Below, piece after piece: positions 38,988-48,048 of a stretch of 64,000 nucleotides of DNA (position 1 is its first letter; every line of letters starts with the position of its first letter). Under the pieces are notes generated by a model. It was not told the DNA's origin. It worked only from the letters and a program-made list of their open reading frames with translations, and made no database searches. The position numbers and the translations under genes were made by a program. Source of the stretch: Escherichia coli (GTDB lineage: Bacteria; Pseudomonadota; Gammaproteobacteria; Enterobacterales; Enterobacteriaceae); NCBI RefSeq assembly GCF_045037415.1, contig NZ_CP173440.1; one strand, 5' to 3'.

Positions 38988-39974
38988 TCAATTATAGCCA
39001 ATGAAGTTCATAATGGTTGAGATTCCGAAATAGAGAATGGCAACACAGGCAGCACCTTTCAGTACTCTTGATACCGTATTATCATATCCCTTTACAAAAC
39101 TATTATTTTCTACAGCTTTAATTTCTTGAGCTTGATTTGTTTCCATAGCTGCTTTAGCTTTCATTTCATCATCTTTCAATGATGCTTCAAGTTTAAGCAG
39201 TCGTGGCATTAAATCTGCAACTACAAAATCAAAACCATTTACTTTGTGAATCATCATCTCGTTAAACGATAAGTCATAGTATTTGTCTTGAAGCCCGAAT
39301 TCACTCATCAAAGGCTTCAATTTACCATAAAGGTCATTGAGGTCCTCATGACGAGATTCAACGGTCTCAACAAAGTGCTGACGTTTATAAAAAACATGCA
39401 CCTCATCAATAACCATATCAAGCCATTGACTTACTTTAACAGCACCCAGCTTGGTCAGTTTATCTTTACCGAAGTGAAGAGACTCTGAAGTAACAATGGA
39501 GCTGATATTCAACTCAACAAGCTTTTCATCAAGAGATGATAAAAAAGCTTCGAGCGTTTTTTCACGTGGGATGTCGGGAAATTCTTCAAGAAGTTGTTCA
39601 GCCTCATCGAGATTGATCTCATTAATGAAGACATCACCAACATTCACGCTGTAAATTACAGAACGTTCACAACCAACTAAATGCTTCAGTTTAGAACTTT
39701 CTTCAAGCGCCTTTAACTCAATTACACGGCTGACAGATTCTGTCATATACCAGATGTAACTCTTATCGTCATCGGTGCCTTTTTCTATTTTACAAATATC
39801 ACTGCCAGTATTCGATGGTGGAATTTCTTCACCATAAAACGCTTTGGAATAAGCCATCAAAATTGAATCTTTCTCAATTTTGTCAGCTGCCGGGCGTGAT
39901 GGTTTAGCACTGGTGGCGGTTTTAGCACGTGTTGGGGTTTTAGCTTTGGGTTTAGCAGTAGTAGCAGTAGTCAT
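38988..39974 (-). CDS. Tail-anchored protein with a basic Ala/Lys/Thr/Pro-rich N-terminus
   Basis: From the internal Met it reads MTTATTAKPKAKTPTRAKTATSAKPSRPA... The C-terminal TM segment is GAACVAILYFGISTIMNFIGY. Confidence 0.45.
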   Translation of the reverse strand: MTTATTAKPKAKTPTRAKTATSAKPSRPAADKIEKDSILMAYSKAFYGEEIPPSNTGSDICKIEKGTDDDKSYIWYMTESVSRVIELKALEESSKLKHLVGCERSVIYSVNVGDVFINEINLDEAEQLLEEFPDIPREKTLEAFLSSLDEKLVELNISSIVTSESLHFGKDKLTKLGAVKVSQWLDMVIDEVHVFYKRQHFVETVESRHEDLNDLYGKLKPLMSEFGLQDKYYDLSFNEMMIHKVNGFDFVVADLMPRLLKLEASLKDDEMKAKAAMETNQAQEIKAVENNSFVKGYDNTVSRVLKGAACVAILYFGISTIMNFIGYN

Positions 39975-40115
39975 TTTATATACCTTTAAGTTTAGAATTA
40001 AATCCGGAAAAACCATTTACGTAGTTTATTTAGAAATTGGCGAAAGCCGTCGTTTATCACCCTGAAGCAACAAACCGCCTGAGTTTATACTTTTCTGGCA
40101 TTAGAAAGTCCGTAG

Positions 40116-40128
40116 AAAGTTACTTTTT
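40116..40128. promoter_or_regulatory. Intergenic copy of the backbone palindrome (AAAGTTACTTTTT)
   Basis: Lies in the 290-bp gap between the helicase and the next gene. Confidence 0.5.
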
Positions 40129-40307
40129 GAGAGCAATTTAGCTACGAGTTGTGGTAAGACAGATGTGAGTTATCGCACCAGCGCCATTCTTTTGGAAAGA
40201 GGCTCTGGTGTCGAAACTCAAAATTGAGCTACCCATTTATGGATATCTTAGAAGGGATAAAGGTATTAAAAGTAAAACTATTGAGAAATTTATACATCAA
40301 CCCTGTA

Positions 40308-42107
40308 TCATTGTAAACACATATCTTCACTTCCCTCAATAATTGGTATTTCTTCAGCTAACTCAACTACTTTCGGGAACGACTCAGTGATAAACTCTGA
40401 CGGTTTTCCATGCCAGGTAATGTAAAGCTCAAGCTCTGCCCTTGTCATCCCAACAAAAAATAAACGACGCTCCTCTTCTATCCCTTCATCACCGATAACC
40501 TTCGGTGAGGGTATTTGGTCATGGTTACAGTTAATGATTAGTACTTTTTTCCATTCTAGCCCCTTGGAGCCATGGAGCGTGCAGAGACATATGCCGCTTT
40601 GCTCTGTTTCACTAGATCCCTTCTTGTTACCCATGGTCATGCCAGCTGCAATATTTAGCATCTTAAGCCACCCATCTTTTATTGCCCAACGGTAACATGA
40701 CATTAAAGAAATCCGGGTTACTGACGGATCACCTTTCGTATTGGACATCTTGTACCCGGCCATCTCTAACCATTCCTTGATTTTTTTGAAACGGTTTTCT
40801 ATCTCTTCCTTACTTTGCGTGTCTGCCAACATTAGGGTCATATGCTTATGCAGCATTTTAGTGAGCACAGAAGATTCATTGGGTAATTCCGTTTGCTGAA
40901 AAGTAACTTTTCTGACACTCATCTGTTTCCACAACACATCAAGGATTAGCTCATCTTCATTTAGAAACGAAAGCACTCGTTTCATCAGACCTACGTTACC
41001 AGGTTGCCTGAAGAAGGTGAACAGGTGTAGGATATTACTAGGCTCAAGCCCTTCCCAGAAGGATTTCCCCCCTATCCTCGTAACCGGAACTTCAAGATAA
41101 CTTTCCATTTTGTCGAGTGTCGTGTTGTTTCGGCTTAAAATCGCCCAATCATGAGGGTTTTTCTCCACCAGCTCCTTGATCACATCAAATTGGTCTTCTG
41201 CCTTATCCGATCTTATAAAAGTTACTTTTCCTTTGTCCCCTTTTCTGCCTGACACGAGACTCTTTTCATAGCGGGCTTTGTTCTTTCTGATCACTGTATC
41301 AGCAAATTTAAGGATCAAGGGTGCACACCTGAAACATTTGGTGAGGTGAAAAACGTTAGGATTATATGCTTTATCAAACTGACGAAAGATCTTAACTCCA
41401 CCTGCATCTCTGAAACTGTATATTGTCTGGTCATCATCGCCAACGATTGTGGTGTTTATGCCCCTCTTTGCGTGCTCAGATATCCAGGTGAATTGAATAC
41501 CATCTGTGTCCTGAACTTCATCAACAATCAGATGAGTAATACTTAAAGGCCTCATCTTATCGGCACTTAACATGCCCACTACATACTTTGAAAGTGAGTT
41601 AAAATCTGCAACATTATCCTTTTTGCAAAAGCTCATGTACTCGTTGTAGAACGCCACCTGGTCGCGTGTATATTTTATCCTGATAATGTCCGGGTTAAGC
41701 TCCCGGCCAATGCCGTCGATGAATGGCATTATGTCGTTCACACTTTCATGGTAGTTAAGATGTTTTTGTACACGGGATACCATCGCCATTTGTTTGTGTC
41801 CGATTAGAAGCCCTCCTTTCCAACCGGTCTGGTTTACCATTTTTTTTATAAAACCGTGAAAGGTATCGACCTCTATACGGTTGAGAAACCTCGGCTCTAT
41901 CATTTTCTGGAGGCTATTTTTTAAAGAGTCTGTGGCCGCACGGGTAAAGGTTACCAGGGATACCCGGGCCAATGGATGACGTTGAAAAATGGCTTTTGTT
42001 CCCTCCTTCATGGTGAAGGATTTGCCACTCCCTGGACAGGCAATGACCATCGTGTTTTTATCCATATTTTGTATAACACGCTCTTGTTCTTCTGTACTCG
42101 ATGACAT
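40308..42107 (-). CDS. UvrD/Rep-family superfamily-1 helicase
   Basis: Motifs VIACPGSGKSFTM (Walker A), LIVDEVQDTD and GDDDQTIYSFRDAG. I prefer the start at 42107 (AAGGAG 5 nt upstream) to the ORF-track start at 42131. Confidence 0.8.
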   Translation of the reverse strand: MSSSTEEQERVIQNMDKNTMVIACPGSGKSFTMKEGTKAIFQRHPLARVSLVTFTRAATDSLKNSLQKMIEPRFLNRIEVDTFHGFIKKMVNQTGWKGGLLIGHKQMAMVSRVQKHLNYHESVNDIMPFIDGIGRELNPDIIRIKYTRDQVAFYNEYMSFCKKDNVADFNSLSKYVVGMLSADKMRPLSITHLIVDEVQDTDGIQFTWISEHAKRGINTTIVGDDDQTIYSFRDAGGVKIFRQFDKAYNPNVFHLTKCFRCAPLILKFADTVIRKNKARYEKSLVSGRKGDKGKVTFIRSDKAEDQFDVIKELVEKNPHDWAILSRNNTTLDKMESYLEVPVTRIGGKSFWEGLEPSNILHLFTFFRQPGNVGLMKRVLSFLNEDELILDVLWKQMSVRKVTFQQTELPNESSVLTKMLHKHMTLMLADTQSKEEIENRFKKIKEWLEMAGYKMSNTKGDPSVTRISLMSCYRWAIKDGWLKMLNIAAGMTMGNKKGSSETEQSGICLCTLHGSKGLEWKKVLIINCNHDQIPSPKVIGDEGIEEERRLFFVGMTRAELELYITWHGKPSEFITESFPKVVELAEEIPIIEGSEDMCLQ

Positions 42108-42365
42108 CTTAGCTCCTTCCTGTTCCGGCATAAATCATGTCACATTCAGGAAAGAATTTTCTGAAATAGAGGCTGTTTTTCGTTTTTTATTCAGTATTTT
42201 GTATCATTGACTGCTCCCCGCCCAGAATGTACTGCACCTTTACTCAGTTGGAGTCCAACTTTTGGGATGCAGTTCAAAACAGGGCGAGGATTCCAACCCG
42301 CACGGGACGAGATTTCTAGGGAGCCTAACTGATAAAAGCACCTTTAAAAGCACTCTTTAGTGTGC

Positions 42366-42390
42366 TATAATTTAGGCTCTAAATAGGAGG
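42366..42390 (+). promoter_or_regulatory. Probable -10 box and RBS of the toxin-antitoxin operon
   Basis: TATAAT at 42366-42371 and AGGAGG at 42385-42390, with the ATG at 42398. Confidence 0.45.
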
Positions 42391-42397
42391 TTTTTTT

Positions 42398-42646
42398 ATG
42401 GCATTTCAGGTACTAACCACTACTGCAGCAAGCATCACAGAGCTTAAACGTGATCCTATGGGCACCTTCAATGCAGGAGAAGGTGCCCCGGTAGCCATAC
42501 TGAATCGCAACGAACCCGCTTTTTACTGTGTACCGCCTGCTCTGTATGCTCAACTGATGGAGCTTCTTGAAGATCAGGAGCTGGGTCATATTGCTGATGA
42601 GCGAATTGGTGAGGCGGTAATCGAGGTCAGTCTAGATGACCTATAA
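42398..42646 (+). CDS. stbD: Phd/YefM/StbD-family antitoxin
   Basis: 82 aa with an N-terminus typical of Phd/YefM (ASITELKRDPMGT...VAILNRNEPAFYCV). Overlaps the toxin gene by 11 nt. Confidence 0.8.
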   Translation: MAFQVLTTTAASITELKRDPMGTFNAGEGAPVAILNRNEPAFYCVPPALYAQLMELLEDQELGHIADERIGEAVIEVSLDDL

Positions 42647-42920
42647 GCTGGCCTTTAATGAATCAGCTCTGAAAGAATGGAAAAAATTGGGCCATACCAT
42701 TCGGGAACAATTCAAAAAGAAGCTCGCTGAGCGCCTGTTGAACCCACGGGTGCCCGCATCGCAACTCCATGGACGCAAAGACCAGTACAAAATAAAGCTC
42801 CGTGGCGCAGGCTACCGACTGGTTTACAGTGTCAACGATGATGTTGTAACGGTCACCGTAATTGGCGTCGGTAAACGTGAGAATGATGATATTTACAATT
42901 TGACCAAACACAGAAATTAA
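42636..42920 (+). CDS. stbE: RelE/ParE/StbE-family toxin
   Basis: 94 aa, LAFNESALKEWKKLGHTIREQFKKKLAERL...YRLVYSVNDDVVTVTVIGVGKRE. Confidence 0.8.
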   Translation: MTYKLAFNESALKEWKKLGHTIREQFKKKLAERLLNPRVPASQLHGRKDQYKIKLRGAGYRLVYSVNDDVVTVTVIGVGKRENDDIYNLTKHRN

Positions 42921-43033
42921 GAGCGTATTCGTTCAGGTCTTTAGTTATTGGTAATCAGGGCGTTCAAATCGACTTCAACCCCAGCAGTTAATGCTTTGAT
43001 ACCTTCCCAGAGTACGACCGGCACAGGTGCTAT

Positions 43034-44427
43034 GTTCTGCGGGTTTTAATAGGCGGAATACCGACTTCTATTTATTTCCTGCACCTGTTGATTCCGTGCT
43101 GTATATATGGTTATTTATACAGGTTATCTCAATACACACTGAATGCAAAATGCTAATCCAGAAAGCGTATAAATACAGACTCAACCCAACAGATGCACAG
43201 GCGCAACGACTGCGTCAGATGTGCGGCTGCGCCCGTTTTGTCTGGAATTACGCCCTGGCAGAGACCCAGCGCATTCTTGAGACCGGACAAAAACTCCCTT
43301 CCGCCTTTGAGCTGAATAAAATGCTGACAGGATGGAAGAAATTACCTGACCTGGCGTTTTTATCTGATGCCTACACCGACAACCTTCAGCAGAAACTGAA
43401 AGACCTGCATGGGGCCTGGAAACGGTGCTTTGATAAAAAGCTGGCAGCGAAAGCGCCCGTGTTCAAACGTAAAAGCCACGGCAATGACTCTGTTCGTTTC
43501 GTCAATTTTGACAAATACTGCCAGCTTGAGTACAGACGCGTTAAGTTACCCTCGGGGCTGGGCTGGGTGACATTCCGGCAGTCCCGCGCCGTTGTGGGGA
43601 AAATCAAAAACGCAACGGTCAGCCAGCACGCTGGCGGCTGGTATATCTCATTTCAGGTAGAAATGGTTGTCGAACAGCCCGCGCACCCGTCTACGTCTGC
43701 TGTCGGTCTGGATACCGGTGTCAGCAAGCTGGCAACGCTGTCAGACGGCACGGTGTTTGAACCTGTCAACAGCTTTAAGCAGAACCAGAGCAGGCTGGCA
43801 AGGTTACAGCGCCAGCTTGCCCGTAAAGTGAAATTCAGCGCGAACTGGAAGAAGCAGAAAGCAAGAATTTCCCGCTTACATTCGCATATCGCCAACATCC
43901 GCCGCGATTACCTTCACAAAGTCACAACAACAGTCAGCAAAAACCACGCGATGATCGTTATTGAGGACTTGAAGGTTTCCAACATGTCAAAATCGGCAGC
44001 GGGTACGGTAGATGAGCCGGGGCGCAACGTTGCGTCAAAATCAGGTCTTAACCGGGCGATACTGGATCAGGGCTGGTACGAAATGCGCCGCCAGCTCGAA
44101 TATAAGCAACGATGGCGCGGCGGTGAGGTGCTGGCAGTAAATCCGGCATATACCAGCCAGAAATGCGCCTGTTGTGGTCATACAGCGAAGGAAAATCGAC
44201 AATCGCAGGCAAAATTTGTTTGCACGGTATGTGGGTACGAAGCGAACGCTGATGCAAACGGTGCGCGTAATATTTTAGCGGCAGGACATGCCGTGCTTGC
44301 CTGTGGAGGGAAGGTGCAGTCAGACCACCCAACGAAGCAGGAACCTGACACTGAGCGATCAGCGGTCACCCACTAATGGGAATCCCCTATCTGAATCACG
44401 AAGTGTAAAGGCGGGGGAGGATGTCAA
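43034..44427 (+). mobile_element. IS200/IS605-family element carrying tnpB only (IS1341-like derivative)
   Basis: The left boundary is the point where it diverges from its twin's flank (after ...GGCACAGGTGCTAT). The right end shares GGGAATCCCC...GGGGGAGGATGTCAA with the second copy. Confidence 0.65.
43150..44376 (+). CDS. tnpB: TnpB (RuvC-like RNA-guided nuclease, OrfB_IS605 plus zinc ribbon)
   Basis: [36 protein letters not shown]..., IEDLKVSNM, and a C-terminal CxxC...CxxC (QKCACCGH...[20 protein letters not shown]). 408 aa from the ATG at 43150. Confidence 0.85.
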   Translation: MLIQKAYKYRLNPTDAQAQRLRQMCGCARFVWNYALAETQRILETGQKLPSAFELNKMLTGWKKLPDLAFLSDAYTDNLQQKLKDLHGAWKRCFDKKLAAKAPVFKRKSHGNDSVRFVNFDKYCQLEYRRVKLPSGLGWVTFRQSRAVVGKIKNATVSQHAGGWYISFQVEMVVEQPAHPSTSAVGLDTGVSKLATLSDGTVFEPVNSFKQNQSRLARLQRQLARKVKFSANWKKQKARISRLHSHIANIRRDYLHKVTTTVSKNHAMIVIEDLKVSNMSKSAAGTVDEPGRNVASKSGLNRAILDQGWYEMRRQLEYKQRWRGGEVLAVNPAYTSQKCACCGHTAKENRQSQAKFVCTVCGYEANADANGARNILAAGHAVLACGGKVQSDHPTKQEPDTERSAVTH

Positions 44428-44661
44428 TACCACCAGAGATGTAAACTGGAACAATTTAATTCTAAATTATCCATTTGGAGTGGTCGCTTTCTGATTATTA
44501 GTTATCGGTAAGCGGCGCGTCTAAATCGACTTCAACCCCAGCAGTTAATGCTTTGATACCTTCCCAGAACACGACCGGCACAGGTGCTATCGGTTTTCCA
44601 AAGGGTGCTCCCTCCGATGAAGGAGGGAGGGGAATTTGGACGGGGTTGAAAACCCGTGATT

Positions 44662-45087
44662 TTAGCCCCGCTGGTTTTGAATATACTTCTTCACAACTTC
44701 CAGTGGGGCGCCACCGCACGAGCCAGCAAAGTAACTGCGCGACCAAAGTACAGGTTTGCTATAGGCGGCTCGTAGATCGATATATTCATTCCTTAGCCGC
44801 CTGCTGGTGACTGCTTTGAGTGAGTTGACCAGCTTAGATAGTTGCACGGTAGGCGGGTATTCAATCAGCATATGAAGGTGATCAGCATCACCGTCACACT
44901 CCTTTAATTCTGCGCCAAAATCACCACACACCTCAGATACATACTGACGGGCGCTGTTGATATGTAATTCACCAAAAACTTTGCGGCGATACTTGGTCAC
45001 AAACACAATGTGAACATGCAAAAGAAATGCTGCATGGCGGATGCGATTGAATTCACTCTTCACTTGACTACCTGTTGTTTTATACAT
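44662..45087 (-). CDS. tnpA: IS200/IS605 Y1 (HUH) transposase TnpA
   Basis: 141 aa with an HUH motif (HVHIVFVTKYRR) and a C-terminal catalytic Tyr region (LWSRSYFAGSCGGAPLEVVKKYI). Confidence 0.85.
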   Translation of the reverse strand: MYKTTGSQVKSEFNRIRHAAFLLHVHIVFVTKYRRKVFGELHINSARQYVSEVCGDFGAELKECDGDADHLHMLIEYPPTVQLSKLVNSLKAVTSRRLRNEYIDLRAAYSKPVLWSRSYFAGSCGGAPLEVVKKYIQNQRG

Positions 45088-45123
45088 TACATTGGCATCA
45101 ATTTTACTACATACTGAATATAA

Positions 45124-46351
45124 ATGTTAATCCAGAAAGCCTATAAATTCAGACTTAATCCAACCGATGTTCAGGCGCAGAGATTGCGCCAGTTGTGCGG
45201 TTGCGCCCGTTTTGTCTGGAATTATGGCCTGGCAGAGACGCAGCGTATTCTTGAGAACCGGACAAAAACTCCCTTCCGCCTTTGAGCTGAATAAAATGCT
45301 GACAGGATGGAAGAAATTACCTGACCTGGCGTTTTTATCTGATGCCTACACCGACAACCTTCAGCAGAAACTGAAAGACCTGCATGGGGCCTGGAAACGG
45401 TGCTTTGATAAAAAGCTGGCAGCGAAAGCGCCCGTGTTCAAACGTAAAAGCCACGGCAATGACTCTGTTCGTTTCGTCAATTTTGACAAATACTGCCAGC
45501 TTGAGTACAGACGCGTTAAGTTACCCTCGGGGCTGGGCTGGGTGACATTCCGTCAGTCCCGCGACATTGTGGGCAAAATCAAAAACGCAACAGTCAGCCA
45601 GCACGCTGGTAGCTGGTATATCTCGTTTCAGGTAGAAATGGAGGTCGATCAGCCCGCGCACCCGTCTACGTCTGCTGTCGGTCTGGATGCCGGTGTCAGC
45701 AAGCTGGCAACGCTGTCAGACGGCACGGTGTTTGAACCTGTCAACAGCTTTAAGCAGAACCAGAGCAGGCTGGCACGGTTACAGCGCCAGCTTGCCCGTA
45801 AAGTGAAATTCAGTGCGAACTGGAAGAAGCAGAAAGCAAGAATTTCCCGCTTGCATTCTCACATCGCCAATATCCGGCTCGATTACCTTCATAAAGTCAC
45901 AACAACAGTCAGCAAAAACCACGCGATGATCGTTATTGAGGACTTGAAGGTTTCCAGCATGTCAAAATCAGCGGCAGGCGCAGCAGACATGCCGGGGCGC
46001 AATGTTGCGGCTAAATCAGGTCTGAATAAGGCGATATTAGATCAGGGCTGGTACGAGCTTCGCCGCCAGCTTGAGTATAAGCAATCATGGTTGGGTGGGC
46101 AGGTACTGGCTGTCAATCCGGCTTACACCAGCCAGAAATGTGCATGTTGTGGTCATAGGTCAAAGGAAAACCGCAAATCACAAGCGAATTTTGTTTGTCT
46201 TGAATGTGGCTACAAAGAGAACGCCGACATAAACGGCGCTCGTAATATTTTAGCGGCAGGACATGCCGTTTTAGCCTGTGAAGTGAACGGTGCATCAATG
46301 CCGTCAGCAGCAGGAACCAAGCGACTGAGCAATCAGTTAGCCACCCAGTAA
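45124..46351 (+). pseudogene. tnpB: tnpB with a +1 frameshift
   Basis: The ATG at 45124 gives [44 protein letters not shown] and then stops. Compared with copy 1 (CTTGAGACCGG), the extra A in CTTGAGAACCGG (45256/7) shifts the frame. The total length is 1228 nt, against 1227 in copy 1. Confidence 0.75.
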
Positions 46352-46398
46352 TGGGAATCCCCCACCTGAATCACGTAGTGTGAAGGTGGGGGAGGATG

Positions 46399-47543
46399 TC
46401 AAGTAGCTGAACATTTCCAGGAAAGAATTTCCAGGAAAGATATTGCAGCGCCTGAAATGTTCAGCCAGAGTTGCCCCTGACTGACCATGGCGTTGGTTCG
46501 TTTCATGCTCGCCTCGAAAAGCTGGTAGTCAGCCGCTATACCCAACGACTTGCGATACTGCAGCACACCTTTATCTATTTGGTTGAGGGCAAAAGCCCCG
46601 GTGGTGATATTGTGAGCCTGACCAGCTCTTCCAAAAAGCATGGTCGCCACACCTTGCAGAAAGTCACTTTCTTGTCCGGATTCTTCTTTAGCCGGTTCAA
46701 CAATCTGATTCATCTGCCCTATATGTTTCATGATCGATACGCCCTGCGGAGATGCGAACGAAGCCTTCATCGCCGCCCAGGCGTCTGTACAGGATGCATA
46801 CTGCAGACCGGTTGATGTCACCATGGGGACGCTGGCCGTCCTCAGGCTATTCGTCGTCATTGAATCCATCACCGTTTCTATTGACCCAAGGTCTGTAGCA
46901 TATATTTCATTTAATGCCCCCCTCCCAGTGGCGTCTGAACTTCTGAGTACTGGGTCGTTTTAATACAGTCGCGTGCAATAGACTGGATGATTCTGCAGAC
47001 ATCAAAAGTGACAGGTTTTTCGCTCCCGCTCATCGTATTCGGGAAAGCCTGACAGAACCCACTGGATTCCCCGCCCCACTCCATATATTTGACCATTTTT
47101 GTCATTGGCCCCAGCGTCAGGCTGTCATCGAGCGTGTCAGTGACCTGACCCACCGGCGTAAGCGGGTCAAATGCTGCTCACCAGTCCGTAATTAGCCCGT
47201 GCAGTAATCCGGTTGTCAGTTCACCGGTTGACGCAATAAATAACGGTACATCGTCTATGTTCCTGATCTCCCCCGTTTTAACCGATTCCAGTGTGACATC
47301 GGCTTTAATGACGGCAATTGAATAGAACAACAACCCCATTATCAAGGAGAATATAGGGACATCGTTTTATGTGGGGGCAAGGACCCACCGCAGGGATTTA
47401 TAAAACAGGCCAATTGTTGCAGCATATGAAGCAAGCCTGAGCCACTCATTTGAACCATGACTGGAAAAGATCAACGCGATCCCGTTAATAGCTTTATAGA
47501 CGAAATCTATGTCACCAATAGTATAGATAGTAAAATTGCTCAT
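46399..47543 (-). pseudogene. Decayed TraG_N-like (mating-pair stabilisation/pilus assembly) gene
   Basis: From the ATG at 47543 (strong GGAGGTGG RBS) it reads MSNFTIYTIGDIDFVYKAINGIALIF...; further on, ...IDDVPLFIASTGELTTGLLHGL resembles F TraG (DNVPVGLAMPLSLTTRIGHAM). It is interrupted by in-frame TAA, TGA, TAA and TAG codons and by a frameshift before the 157-aa ORF. Confidence 0.5.
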
Positions 47544-47668
47544 TCCACCTCCACTCCATTTATTGAGGGAAACTGACCTCCTTAAGATACGTGGAATGTT
47601 TGGCTAAAATGATGTCAGTTATTGAGTTTGTCAGGTGCATTAAAGCGACTCCTGGCAGCACTACTGAG

Positions 47669-47699
47669 AAAAGTAACTTTCCTGAGCAAGTTACTTTTT
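47669..47699. promoter_or_regulatory. Inverted pair of the backbone palindrome (AAAAGTAACTTT-N6-CAAGTTACTTTTT)
   Basis: The two sites are centred at 47675 and 47692 in a 490-bp intergenic region. Confidence 0.55.
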
Positions 47700-48048
47700 G
47701 GTAGTTTCCCATCGAAGGTTTCTAGGCATTGTGTAAATCACTTATACCGCCTGGTAGAGCGTTCACTTTTTTCGCGTTATAAATAAAATCAACTTCGCTG
47801 AGTAACTTTCTATGTCTTATCATCTTTTCAGCCCATTGGTGTAATCTATATATTTTCACATAGTTAAATTTTATTTTTTCCAAATAAGAGTAGGGGGGCT
47901 CAAAAAGTTAGATATTTTTTTTGCTTGTTCTTTTCAACTTTAACGACTGTTTTTGAGTTTGGTAGCTCGGTACTCCAGGCGAAAAATAGTATCTTGAACG
48001 AGCTTAATTTTGTGAAATAATGATGAAAACAACCACTGGGACACTTCA

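Larger units (their letters stand above)
44591..46402 (+). mobile_element. IS605-type element with divergent tnpA (Y1) and tnpB
   Basis: LE hairpins (CCCTCCGATGAAGGAGGG), tnpA on the minus strand, tnpB on the plus strand, and an RE shared with the first copy. Confidence 0.7.

Noticed and set aside
42838-42850. ATGTTGTAAC, a 10-nt match to the E. coli Ter core, inside the relE/stbE-like gene. It was considered as a site for the Tus-like protein.
   Set aside because: Flanking positions, including the G/C6 locking position and positions 18-21, do not match. A 10-mer hit in 64 kb on two strands is not improbable. It encodes DDVVTV within a conserved toxin.
44498-44746. An 82-aa minus-strand ORF spanning the IS605 left end.
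   Set aside because: Only its last ~30 codons (44498-44590) lie outside the IS and look like a genuine gene remnant. The rest reads through IS left-end hairpins.
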